Virus record (IMG/VR): IMGVR_UViG_3300008117_006295
Coordinates: 13,132-77,131 of that record
DNA: 64,000 nucleotides
Direction: 5' to 3' (one strand)
Origin: a virus
The translations under genes and the position numbers were made by a program. Position 1 is the first letter of the stretch. Each line of letters starts with the position of its first letter. The notes under the pieces are model-generated. The model ran no database searches. It saw only the letters and a program-made list of their open reading frames with translations, and had not been told where the DNA came from. Positions 1 through 7,319 of this stretch are shown here, in pieces.

Positions 1-485
1 AAACAGGATCAGCCGCTTCTGGTAAATTAGACAAAGTAAATGTTGGCTCCTATTATACTCGTTTAGGAGTTTTTGCATCAACACCAATTGATGGAACAGA
101 TACAAATGAAGCTAATAGTTCTGGCACTTTTGCTTATAATAACACTCGTCCAATAGCTAAGAGATATACAACAACTCTTTCTGGCGTTAGCAACACAGTT
201 CTTTTAAGTGGTGCGGCTAGACCAGGATTGAGACGTAAGGTTAATAAAACTGAAAGTACAACTAATAGGCTTGATACAACTCTAATTAGATCTGGTGGAT
301 TTAATATCTATACCGGTAAGTTTACAAATAACCAAACTGGTGCAGTTGTTAAACCAACAGTTCAAACAGATAGTTTTGGTCAGGATGATGCTGCAACACC
401 AACATCAAGCGTTCCTGGCGAACTAACTTATACTCTTGGCGGCGCTCCTATTAATACAGAATATAAACCAAAGTATAATACATAA
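1..485 (+). CDS. Partial CDS (5' end outside window), probable virion structural protein
   Basis: The frame of the listed 228..485 ORF is open from base 3 (TGSAASGKLDKVNVGSYYTRLG...), so the TTG at 228 is internal. The protein is T/S/G/N-rich. Confidence 0.7.
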   Translation, partial: TGSAASGKLDKVNVGSYYTRLGVFASTPIDGTDTNEANSSGTFAYNNTRPIAKRYTTTLSGVSNTVLLSGAARPGLRRKVNKTESTTNRLDTTLIRSGGFNIYTGKFTNNQTGAVVKPTVQTDSFGQDDAATPTSSVPGELTYTLGGAPINTEYKPKYNT

Positions 486-502
486 TTATTTAATATAAAT
501 TA

Positions 503-508
503 GTGTAT
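503..508 (+). promoter_or_regulatory. GTGTAT + AT-rich motif, candidate phage late promoter
   Basis: AGTGTATCTAATAA in an intergenic gap; the same core recurs at 925, 1772, 5003 and 9429. Confidence 0.5.
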
Positions 509-515
509 CTAATAA

Positions 516-550
516 CAGGGCCAATGATACTTTTGGTGTCATTGGCTCTG
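516..550 (+). terminator. 15-bp stem-loop (terminator or 5' leader hairpin)
   Basis: CAGGGCCAATGATAC-TTTTG-GTGTCATTGGCTCTG forms 15 pairs including 2 G:U; only a weak U-tract follows. Confidence 0.55.
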
Positions 551-583
551 CTTATTATATCTCTTTCTTAGAAAGAATAGTAT

Positions 584-907
584 ATGAATGAAAATATAAC
601 TCATTTTTGGCAATCCCTTTCAACAGTAAGTATTGGAGTTATAGTAACACTAGTTGGATTTTGGGTTGGTATTGGTAGAAAGATTATTACCAGAGAAGAG
701 ATAGGAGAAATGATTAAAAATGAATCATCGTATTCACAAGATAGACAATTTATTATGGAAAGACTAGCAACGAATAAAGAAAATCAAGCATTAATAACGA
801 ATATGTTACAGCGTAATACGGAAGTAATGAATGAGTTAAAAATTCAAATTGCTACATTAGGTAAAACTCTTGAGGCACTAGAAGAGAGAATAGAAAGAGC
901 TAAATAA
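584..907 (+). CDS. Single-TM coiled-coil membrane protein (holin/XhlA-like)
   Basis: N-terminal hydrophobic helix (TVSIGVIVTLVGFWVGIG) followed by a C-terminal heptad coiled coil. Confidence 0.6.
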   Translation: MNENITHFWQSLSTVSIGVIVTLVGFWVGIGRKIITREEIGEMIKNESSYSQDRQFIMERLATNKENQALITNMLQRNTEVMNELKIQIATLGKTLEALEERIERAK

Positions 908-924
908 TTTAATTTTTATTGATG

Positions 925-930
925 GTGTAT
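925..930 (+). promoter_or_regulatory. GTGTAT motif, candidate late promoter
   Basis: GGTGTATATAATATA upstream of a GGAG RBS and ATG 956. Confidence 0.5.
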
Positions 931-955
931 ATAATATATATTCTGGAGAAAAAAT

Positions 956-1177
956 ATGGCCAATGATATTCAACTTGCAATTTCTGGAAATCCTATAAAA
1001 AATGGTAGTATCGTTTTTTCGTGCGGAATGACAGGCTATCCATCTGGAACTATAGTGAATAATAGTTTTGTTAAAAATACTCCAACCATAAATACTATTC
1101 AATCAAAATATGATTTAAGATTTGATGATCCTAGTTATTATTATGGTATTGGTAGTGGTTTAATAGTGGGCGGTTAA
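956..1177 (+). CDS. Small hypothetical virion-associated protein
   Basis: ORF with a GGAG RBS, closely coupled to the next gene. Confidence 0.6.
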   Translation: MANDIQLAISGNPIKNGSIVFSCGMTGYPSGTIVNNSFVKNTPTINTIQSKYDLRFDDPSYYYGIGSGLIVGG

Positions 1178-1178
1178 A

Positions 1179-1766
1179 ATGCCAATACTCAGAATAGATC
1201 AATTTCCAGACGGAAGTGGTGCTGTAAGTAATGATGATCTTATATTATTTTTGGATAACCCAAGTGGTTCTTCAACGACTAAATATATGAAGATTTCTGA
1301 TATGGCCGGTGCTACATATAAACATTATGGATCTTTTTATGATACCACTATTCAAACAAATGTTAATGTTTCTGGAATAAATACTATAAAAATTAATAGT
1401 ACAAATATTTCTAGTGGAATTAGTATTGCTAGTGGAACACGACTTTTATTTGCTAATAGTGGAATATATAATATACAATTTTCAGCACAAATAGAAAAAA
1501 CTGATGGCGGAGATGACACTATAGAGATATGGTTGTCTAAAAATGGTTCTGGAGTAGCCGATTCTAATACTTCCATCACGCTACATCAACAAGATGCAAA
1601 AACGGTTGCCGCATGGAATTTTCTAGTGTCTGCTAATTCTAATGATTATTATGAATTAAAATGGTATTCTACAGACCCAGGTCTAATAATACTTGCTCAA
1701 TCAGGATTAACTAATCCTAATAGGCCAGAAATACCATCTATTATATTAACAGCAGTACAGGTTTAA
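1179..1766 (+). CDS. Tail fibre/decoration-like protein with C-terminal C1q/BclA-like beta-sandwich
   Basis: YGSFYDTTIQ...SGIYNIQFSAQ...IEIWLSKNG...AAWNF...DYYELKW pattern typical of C1q/TNF-like phage fibre tips. Confidence 0.55.
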   Translation: MPILRIDQFPDGSGAVSNDDLILFLDNPSGSSTTKYMKISDMAGATYKHYGSFYDTTIQTNVNVSGINTIKINSTNISSGISIASGTRLLFANSGIYNIQFSAQIEKTDGGDDTIEIWLSKNGSGVADSNTSITLHQQDAKTVAAWNFLVSANSNDYYELKWYSTDPGLIILAQSGLTNPNRPEIPSIILTAVQV

Positions 1767-1771
1767 TTAAG

Positions 1772-1777
1772 GTGTAT
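1772..1777 (+). promoter_or_regulatory. GTGTAT motif, candidate late promoter
   Basis: GGTGTATTCTAATTTA in the gap before the holin-like gene. Confidence 0.5.
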
Positions 1778-1818
1778 TCTAATTTATTAGAATATTGTCT
1801 TTATATTTGGAGATATAA

Positions 1819-2157
1819 ATGATTAAACCTGGATATAGAACTAGCGAATTTTGGTTTACACTAGTTAGTTTTTTATTTAGTGGATTATATTTATTAGGTA
1901 TTATTAATGATAATGGTCAGAAAGAAGATCTGATAAGAGATGTTAGTCATGGCGTAGAATCAGCTATATTAATTGGTGGTCAATTAGCTATTTTATGGAA
2001 ATATATTAATAGTAGAAAACAAATTAAACAAACTTGGTGGAGCACAGCAAGTCCAGAAGAAAGAATAGAAGCGAATATTAAAAATAGTAAAGGTACTAAA
2101 AATGAATCTGTCAGAAGCACTAAAACCAGAGCTAGAAAATCTAGTAAAAGAAAGTAA
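1819..2157 (+). CDS. Holin-like membrane protein
   Basis: KPGYRTSEFW N-terminus, two hydrophobic segments, highly basic C-terminus, GGAG RBS. Confidence 0.55.
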   Translation: MIKPGYRTSEFWFTLVSFLFSGLYLLGIINDNGQKEDLIRDVSHGVESAILIGGQLAILWKYINSRKQIKQTWWSTASPEERIEANIKNSKGTKNESVRSTKTRARKSSKRK

Positions 2158-2488
2158 AAAATCTTTAGGAGAAGTTAAATCTGTAGCTATTGCTCAAGCA
2201 TGGAAAATATTACAGTTAACAATTGCTGCACTTATACAAAAGATAGAAGTATTAGGTGATGGAGTACCAGGAAAAACTAAAAAAGAAATAGCCATGGATC
2301 TATTAAGTAGATTCTATGATAGTGTTTTTATTATCATAGATATTCCTTTTGTTGCTCCTATTTTTGAGTCTATTATACATAAGTATGTGAAAATATTTCT
2401 TATGATACTTGTTGGATCAACCATAGATGCTATGGTAACAACTTTTAAAGAATTAGGGATTTTTAATAAACCATCAATTAATACTTAA
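2102..2488 (+). CDS. Hypothetical protein (lysis-cluster associated)
   Basis: 128-aa ORF with amphipathic helices. Confidence 0.65.
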   Translation: MNLSEALKPELENLVKESKKSLGEVKSVAIAQAWKILQLTIAALIQKIEVLGDGVPGKTKKEIAMDLLSRFYDSVFIIIDIPFVAPIFESIIHKYVKIFLMILVGSTIDAMVTTFKELGIFNKPSINT

Positions 2489-2502
2489 AGGAAAATAATA
2501 CT

Positions 2503-2883
2503 ATGAATTATACTGAAACCTTTGATCAATTTGCTAGCAGACTCAGTGGAACAGATCTTGCATTATATGCTGGAGCAGGATTAATTCTGTGGGTTTTGTT
2601 TAAAGATAAATTAAGTCCAGTTCAACAATTTCTTAGTCCATTCTTTGAAAAACTAAAAAATTCTACAGCTATTAAACCAAATACTTCTAATCTTATCACA
2701 ATTCCTACTGTTAAGCCAAATGTACAAAAAGAAGATATATTTTTTAAGTTAATAGCATCATGGAAACAAACAAGAGACTTGGCATCAGAATGTGGATGCG
2801 TAGCAGCAGTTAAGGCTGCTGATGAAATGTTTCCTTATTTAAGTCCTGTAGTATGTACAAAAGAAGAGGTTAAACCACTATGA
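2503..2883 (+). CDS. Single-TM membrane protein
   Basis: TM segment LALYAGAGLILWVLF; AAGGA RBS. Confidence 0.65.
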   Translation: MNYTETFDQFASRLSGTDLALYAGAGLILWVLFKDKLSPVQQFLSPFFEKLKNSTAIKPNTSNLITIPTVKPNVQKEDIFFKLIASWKQTRDLASECGCVAAVKAADEMFPYLSPVVCTKEEVKPL

Positions 2884-3380
2884 ATTTAAAAATATTATTG
2901 TTATTAATAGGATCAGTATTATTAGGAATTGGTATACTTAAACCAAATATTAATTTATTAAATAATCCTAATCCATCTCCAGCGGTAATTGTAGATGGTT
3001 CAGATTTATCAGAACCAACAGATGAAAAACTTAAATCAAGGGCTAAAGATGTTATTAAAGCATTATCTAGTAATAATGATAGAAAAACAGACGGTAAGAG
3101 ATTAGCTAGTTTATATTCTGATCTTGCTAATTTAGTTTCTCTTGATGGCGAAGATCAAGTTATTAAAAATACAGAAGAAATTAGACAAGCTAATAAATTA
3201 GTTGGTTTAATGCTACGTTTAGATATTAAGGGTAAATATGAAGACTTACCTGAAGCAGCACAAGCTTTGATGTTAGAAGCCATTGGAGACGATCAAGTTT
3301 TATTAAGCACACAATTAAGGGCTAAAGCAGTAGATGGTTTTAAGGCTTTAGCATGGTCATGTTATGAAGGAAGTAAATAA
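2880..3380 (+). CDS. Membrane-anchored/exported helical protein
   Basis: N-terminal signal/TM segment, Pro-Asn linker, ATGA overlap with the previous gene. Confidence 0.7.
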   Translation: MNLKILLLLIGSVLLGIGILKPNINLLNNPNPSPAVIVDGSDLSEPTDEKLKSRAKDVIKALSSNNDRKTDGKRLASLYSDLANLVSLDGEDQVIKNTEEIRQANKLVGLMLRLDIKGKYEDLPEAAQALMLEAIGDDQVLLSTQLRAKAVDGFKALAWSCYEGSK

Positions 3381-4309
3381 TGCCAAGATATTCTCCAGAA
3401 GAACTATATAATAATTATAAAAAAGGATACAGTGGTTGTTTATGGGAACAACACGTATTCGACCATTTAATGGAAATTAGTAAATATCCATTATTTGGCG
3501 ATGCAATAGGAAAAAGATTTGTTAATAGCGGAAAAGGTAAACTGTCTACTCCTTTTAAAAGCGTATTAAAATTTGATAAAAGAGCTTATGAAGAAAGACA
3601 AACTACTGGTGATTGTGTAAGCCATGGAACAAGAAATGCATGCGATATTAGTAGAGCAGTAGAAATAGATATTAATGGAGAAAAAGAAGCATGGATAGCA
3701 AGAGGAGCAACAGAAGCTATTTATGGAGCCAGAGGTCATGGTGGTCAAGGAATGAGTTGTGCTAGAGCGGCAGAATTTGTTAGTAAAAATGGCGGAATAG
3801 TATTAAGACAAAACTATAAAGGTGTCGCTGATTTTACCAAGTATAATGGAAATCTTGGTGCCGGTTGGGGAGGAAGAGGATTACCTGATCCTGTTATAGA
3901 TTTAGCTAATGATCACCAAATCAAAACCGTAAGCCTTATTAATACAATAGAAGAAGCTAGAGATGCTTTAGCTAATGGTTATGGTTTAGCCGTATGTTCT
4001 AATTATGGCTTTAGTAATAAAAGAGATAAAAAAGGCATATCAAATGTTAGTGGTAACTGGGCTCATTGTATGGCTTGGATAGCCTGTGATGATACTGGTA
4101 GCGAACCATTATTTTTAGTACAAAATAGTTGGGGTAAGTGGAATGATGGTGGACATCCGGATTGGGGTCCAATACCAGACGGCTCTTTTCTTATACGAGC
4201 AGATGCTGCTGCTGGAATGTTAGCAGCAAATGGTAGTTATGCTTTTAGTAATTTTGATGGATTTCCTGTTCAAAAACTTCCTTCATATGGTTTTGAGGAT
4301 TATTTATGA
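3380..4309 (+). CDS. Papain-like (C1A) cysteine peptidase
   Basis: Q74-xxGD-C79 (QTTGDCVSHG), H229 (WAHCM) and N249 (QNSWG) give a complete clan CA catalytic set. Confidence 0.9.
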   Translation: MPRYSPEELYNNYKKGYSGCLWEQHVFDHLMEISKYPLFGDAIGKRFVNSGKGKLSTPFKSVLKFDKRAYEERQTTGDCVSHGTRNACDISRAVEIDINGEKEAWIARGATEAIYGARGHGGQGMSCARAAEFVSKNGGIVLRQNYKGVADFTKYNGNLGAGWGGRGLPDPVIDLANDHQIKTVSLINTIEEARDALANGYGLAVCSNYGFSNKRDKKGISNVSGNWAHCMAWIACDDTGSEPLFLVQNSWGKWNDGGHPDWGPIPDGSFLIRADAAAGMLAANGSYAFSNFDGFPVQKLPSYGFEDYL

Positions 4310-4470
4310 GAATTATTGATAAGATTGCTATGAATAGATTAATCGGTATTATAAGTAATTTTATATTAGGATTAATCAAAATTTTTGCACCAAAAGCTGT
4401 TGATGATATAGAAATTCCAAAACCAGTAAAACGCAAAAAAATATTACCATGGAGAAATAAAGATGAATAA
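4306..4470 (+). CDS. Small 54-aa amphipathic/basic protein (not in ORF track)
   Basis: MRIIDKIAMNRLIGIISNFILGLIKIFAPKAVDDIEIPKPVKRKKILPWRNKDE*; ATGA overlap with the protease stop, and it overlaps the next start. Confidence 0.7.
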   Translation: MRIIDKIAMNRLIGIISNFILGLIKIFAPKAVDDIEIPKPVKRKKILPWRNKDE

Positions 4471-4780
4471 ATTTTTTGGATTATTATTAATTGCTTCAAT
4501 TTTTTCTTTTGGTTCATATAAATATACTGGGTCAACAACAGCAGCAGTAACTTTAGCTGGCGGTATTATAAAAGCACAGCATGTTAATATTGATAAAAAG
4601 TATAAAAGAAAAGATTGTCCAGTTTGCAAAGGTAAAGGATACTATATTAGTGGAGATGGAATTAGTAAAGTAGATTGTGGATATTGTGAACCAGAAACAA
4701 ATAATGCAAAAGTAGTAACACATCCTGGTCCATATATTACTGGAACCTGTTCATCAAATAACTGTAGAACTATTAAATAA
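4463..4780 (+). CDS. Exported protein with DnaJ-like CxxCxGxG zinc-finger motif
   Basis: Signal peptide; CPVCKGKG...CGYC and a C-terminal C-x4-C. Confidence 0.7.
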   Translation: MNKFFGLLLIASIFSFGSYKYTGSTTAAVTLAGGIIKAQHVNIDKKYKRKDCPVCKGKGYYISGDGISKVDCGYCEPETNNAKVVTHPGPYITGTCSSNNCRTIK

Positions 4781-4995
4781 TGATAACTATTAATTTAACA
4801 CAATATCTTATTAAAATTTATGGAGATAATATTGATAATATAATTAATGAAGATCTTATTAATATATTAGATACTAAACAATATCCAAGAGAAATTTTAG
4901 AAGAACTAGAAACTAATCAAGAAATAAAAAATATAGAAATATTTACTGTAGATGGAGAAACTTTACTATTAAATAGTCAAAAAGAAATCGAATAA
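4780..4995 (+). CDS. Hypothetical acidic protein
   Basis: TAATG coupling to the upstream gene. Confidence 0.55.
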   Translation: MITINLTQYLIKIYGDNIDNIINEDLINILDTKQYPREILEELETNQEIKNIEIFTVDGETLLLNSQKEIE

Positions 4996-5002
4996 AGCAA
5001 TA

Positions 5003-5008
5003 GTGTAT
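5003..5008 (+). promoter_or_regulatory. GTGTAT motif, candidate late promoter
   Basis: AGTGTATTTAAATTATA upstream of an AAGG RBS and ATG 5029. Confidence 0.5.
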
Positions 5009-5028
5009 TTAAATTATAAAGGTAATAT

Positions 5029-5415
5029 ATGAAAGAAAAATTAGAAAAAATAGCACAAAAAGTTCTTGATCAAGCAAACATACCAAAAGATGAAAACTAT
5101 GGTAGTGTTATAGCTATTTTAATGGTCATTAGTATAATTTTAACTTGTATTAGAGTTCTACAAGAATGTAGAAAAAGTAAAGATAGTAGTTTATCTCAAT
5201 CTCAACTAGGAGATTCTTATGGTCAAGAAATTAGATTACTGGGCAAAAAAAGAGGAATGTTTACTAAATTAAGATTGCGTAAAATTATAAAAAGAAATCT
5301 TAGTCCGGATCAATATAATACATATGGTGAAAACTTATTAAATAGTATTCTATCAATAGGAGAAAATATCACGGATGATGAAACAATAACTTTACTGGAG
5401 GCAGCAAATGTTTAA
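5029..5415 (+). CDS. Hypothetical single-TM protein
   Basis: TM segment VIAILMVISIILTCI. Confidence 0.65.
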   Translation: MKEKLEKIAQKVLDQANIPKDENYGSVIAILMVISIILTCIRVLQECRKSKDSSLSQSQLGDSYGQEIRLLGKKRGMFTKLRLRKIIKRNLSPDQYNTYGENLLNSILSIGENITDDETITLLEAANV

Positions 5416-5662
5416 TATTTTAGTATGGTGCGTATACGGACTATTTGTTGGAAGCATAGCCAAATCAATAGTTCCTGGTGAAGAAAATTTTGGGTTTGTT
5501 AAAACTGTGGCTCTCGGCATAGCAGGATCTTATATGGGCGGCGCCATACTCTACCTACTCGGCTCATATAGCGCAGTATCACCAGCAGGAATAATGATGG
5601 GAGTGGCTGGTGGAATATTAACCTTAGTTCTATATAACAAGCTCATCGAAAAAAAATCTTGA
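5408..5662 (+). CDS. GlsB/YeaQ/YmgE (transglycosylase-associated) membrane protein
   Basis: W..GL.VG.IAK.I.PG...G...T..LGIAGS..GG three-TM signature. Confidence 0.85.
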   Translation: MFNILVWCVYGLFVGSIAKSIVPGEENFGFVKTVALGIAGSYMGGAILYLLGSYSAVSPAGIMMGVAGGILTLVLYNKLIEKKS

Positions 5663-5687
5663 CTCTCGTACTCAGTCAACCTATAAT
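5659..5687 (+). promoter_or_regulatory. sigma70-type promoter (probably a leaderless transcript)
   Basis: TTGACT (5659-5664), 17 nt spacer, TATAAT (5682-5687); ATG at 5694 with no Shine-Dalgarno. Confidence 0.8.
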
Positions 5688-5693
5688 AGCTCC

Positions 5694-6161
5694 ATGCGAC
5701 CAACATGGAGCGATTATTTTCTAGGACTAGCTAAAGTAGCTTCTAAAAGAAGCCACGATATCCATACGCAGCATGGTTGTGTAATAACAGATCAATATAA
5801 TAGAATTTTAGGAGTAGGATACAACGGTTTTCCAAAAGGACTTGATGATTCTGTTTTACCATTAACTCGTCCAGAGAAATATGACTGGATGATTCATGCT
5901 GAACGAAATGCTCTTTCTAATTGTGTTGTTCGTCCTGATAATGGAATAGCGTATGTTACTGGACAATGTTGTTGTGATTGTATAATGGCCCTATGGCAAG
6001 AAGGAATTATAAAAGTAATCATGTCTGACACTCATGGAACTCATAAATTTACAGAAGAAGATCAAAAACGTTTTGATACTTTTGTATCACACAGTAAAAT
6101 ACAAATAGAAAAAATAAACCCGAATCTTTCTTGGATCAAAGGTATAGGTGGTGTATTATGA
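5694..6161 (+). CDS. dCMP deaminase
   Basis: RPTWSDYF, GYNGFPKG, HAERNAL and CxxC zinc motifs. Confidence 0.92.
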   Translation: MRPTWSDYFLGLAKVASKRSHDIHTQHGCVITDQYNRILGVGYNGFPKGLDDSVLPLTRPEKYDWMIHAERNALSNCVVRPDNGIAYVTGQCCCDCIMALWQEGIIKVIMSDTHGTHKFTEEDQKRFDTFVSHSKIQIEKINPNLSWIKGIGGVL

Positions 6162-6328
6162 TAAACACTATAGTTGAACTTTGTTTTTATCTTTCTGTGA
6201 TTAAATATTATTATGTTTATTTTTTTGATAACATAGAAATTAATCAACAGTATTTACAATTTCAATTTTATAACTCTACAATACTAGGGATATTCACAAT
6301 ATTGAATTATAAAAGGTATCAAAAATGA
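6158..6328 (+). CDS. Small hydrophobic hypothetical protein
   Basis: ATGA overlaps on both sides; start revised from 6131. Confidence 0.5.
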   Translation: MINTIVELCFYLSVIKYYYVYFFDNIEINQQYLQFQFYNSTILGIFTILNYKRYQK

Positions 6329-7299
6329 TTTTTAATGAACAAATAACTAGAAAACCTGATCACTATCCTTGGACACAAGAATTTATAGAAGCTATGCATA
6401 ATGGCTTTTGGACACATAGAGAATTTAATTTCCAAAGCGATATACAAGATTTTAAAGTAAATTTAAATGATCAAGAACAAGAAATTATAGTTCGTGCATT
6501 ATCTACTATTGGTCAATTAGAAATATCTGTTAAAAAGTTTTGGGCTAAATTAGGAGATAATCTTCCTCATCCATCGTTGAACGATATGGGCTATGTAATG
6601 GCTAATGTTGAAGTTGTTCACGGAGATGCTTATGAGAGACTATTAGAAGTACTAGGAATTGATGATAATTTTGAAAAAATATTACAACTAGATATTATTA
6701 ATGGTCGAGTGAACTATCTAAGAAAACACTTACACAAGTTTCACTCTGATAACAAAAAACAGTTTGTATATTCTTTGATACTATTTACATTGTTTGTTGA
6801 AAATATAGCATTGTTTTCTCAATTTTATACTATCAGTTGGTTTGGTCGTTATAAAAATGTTTTAAAAGACACAAACAAGCAAGTAGAATATACTTCAAGA
6901 GAAGAAAATTTACATGCTATGATTGGTATGAAAATTATTAATGTTATTCGTGAAGAATATCCAGAACTTTTTGATGAAGAACTAGAGAATAAAATACTTC
7001 ATGAGTCTAAGGAAGCAGTCAAGTATGAATGTGAAATAATAGAATGGATAGTAAATGGTTATGATGATGATCATTTAAATACTCCACTATTAAAAGAATT
7101 TATAAAGAACAGAATGAATATATCATTACAAGAAATAGGATACGATCCAATTTTTGAGGTCGATACCGTATTGTTAAGAAAAACCTTCTGGTTTGAAGAA
7201 CAGGTTCTTGGTAATAATATGTCGGACTTCTTTCACTCTAGACCTGTTGAATATCAAAAATCTGCTATGAGTTTTGCAGAAGAAGATTTATTTTCTTGA
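6325..7299 (+). CDS. nrdB: Ribonucleotide reductase small subunit (class Id-like)
   Basis: Ferritin-fold ligands E66, E96xxH99, Y103, FVEN, EENLH; K70; C-terminal DFFHSRPVEY. Confidence 0.95.
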   Translation: MIFNEQITRKPDHYPWTQEFIEAMHNGFWTHREFNFQSDIQDFKVNLNDQEQEIIVRALSTIGQLEISVKKFWAKLGDNLPHPSLNDMGYVMANVEVVHGDAYERLLEVLGIDDNFEKILQLDIINGRVNYLRKHLHKFHSDNKKQFVYSLILFTLFVENIALFSQFYTISWFGRYKNVLKDTNKQVEYTSREENLHAMIGMKIINVIREEYPELFDEELENKILHESKEAVKYECEIIEWIVNGYDDDHLNTPLLKEFIKNRMNISLQEIGYDPIFEVDTVLLRKTFWFEEQVLGNNMSDFFHSRPVEYQKSAMSFAEEDLFS

Positions 7300-7319
7300 T
7301 TTATCACTAAAGGATAATT

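Noticed and set aside
228-485. 85-aa ORF as a complete gene
   Set aside because: The frame is open to the window edge, so it is the 3' part of a longer gene.
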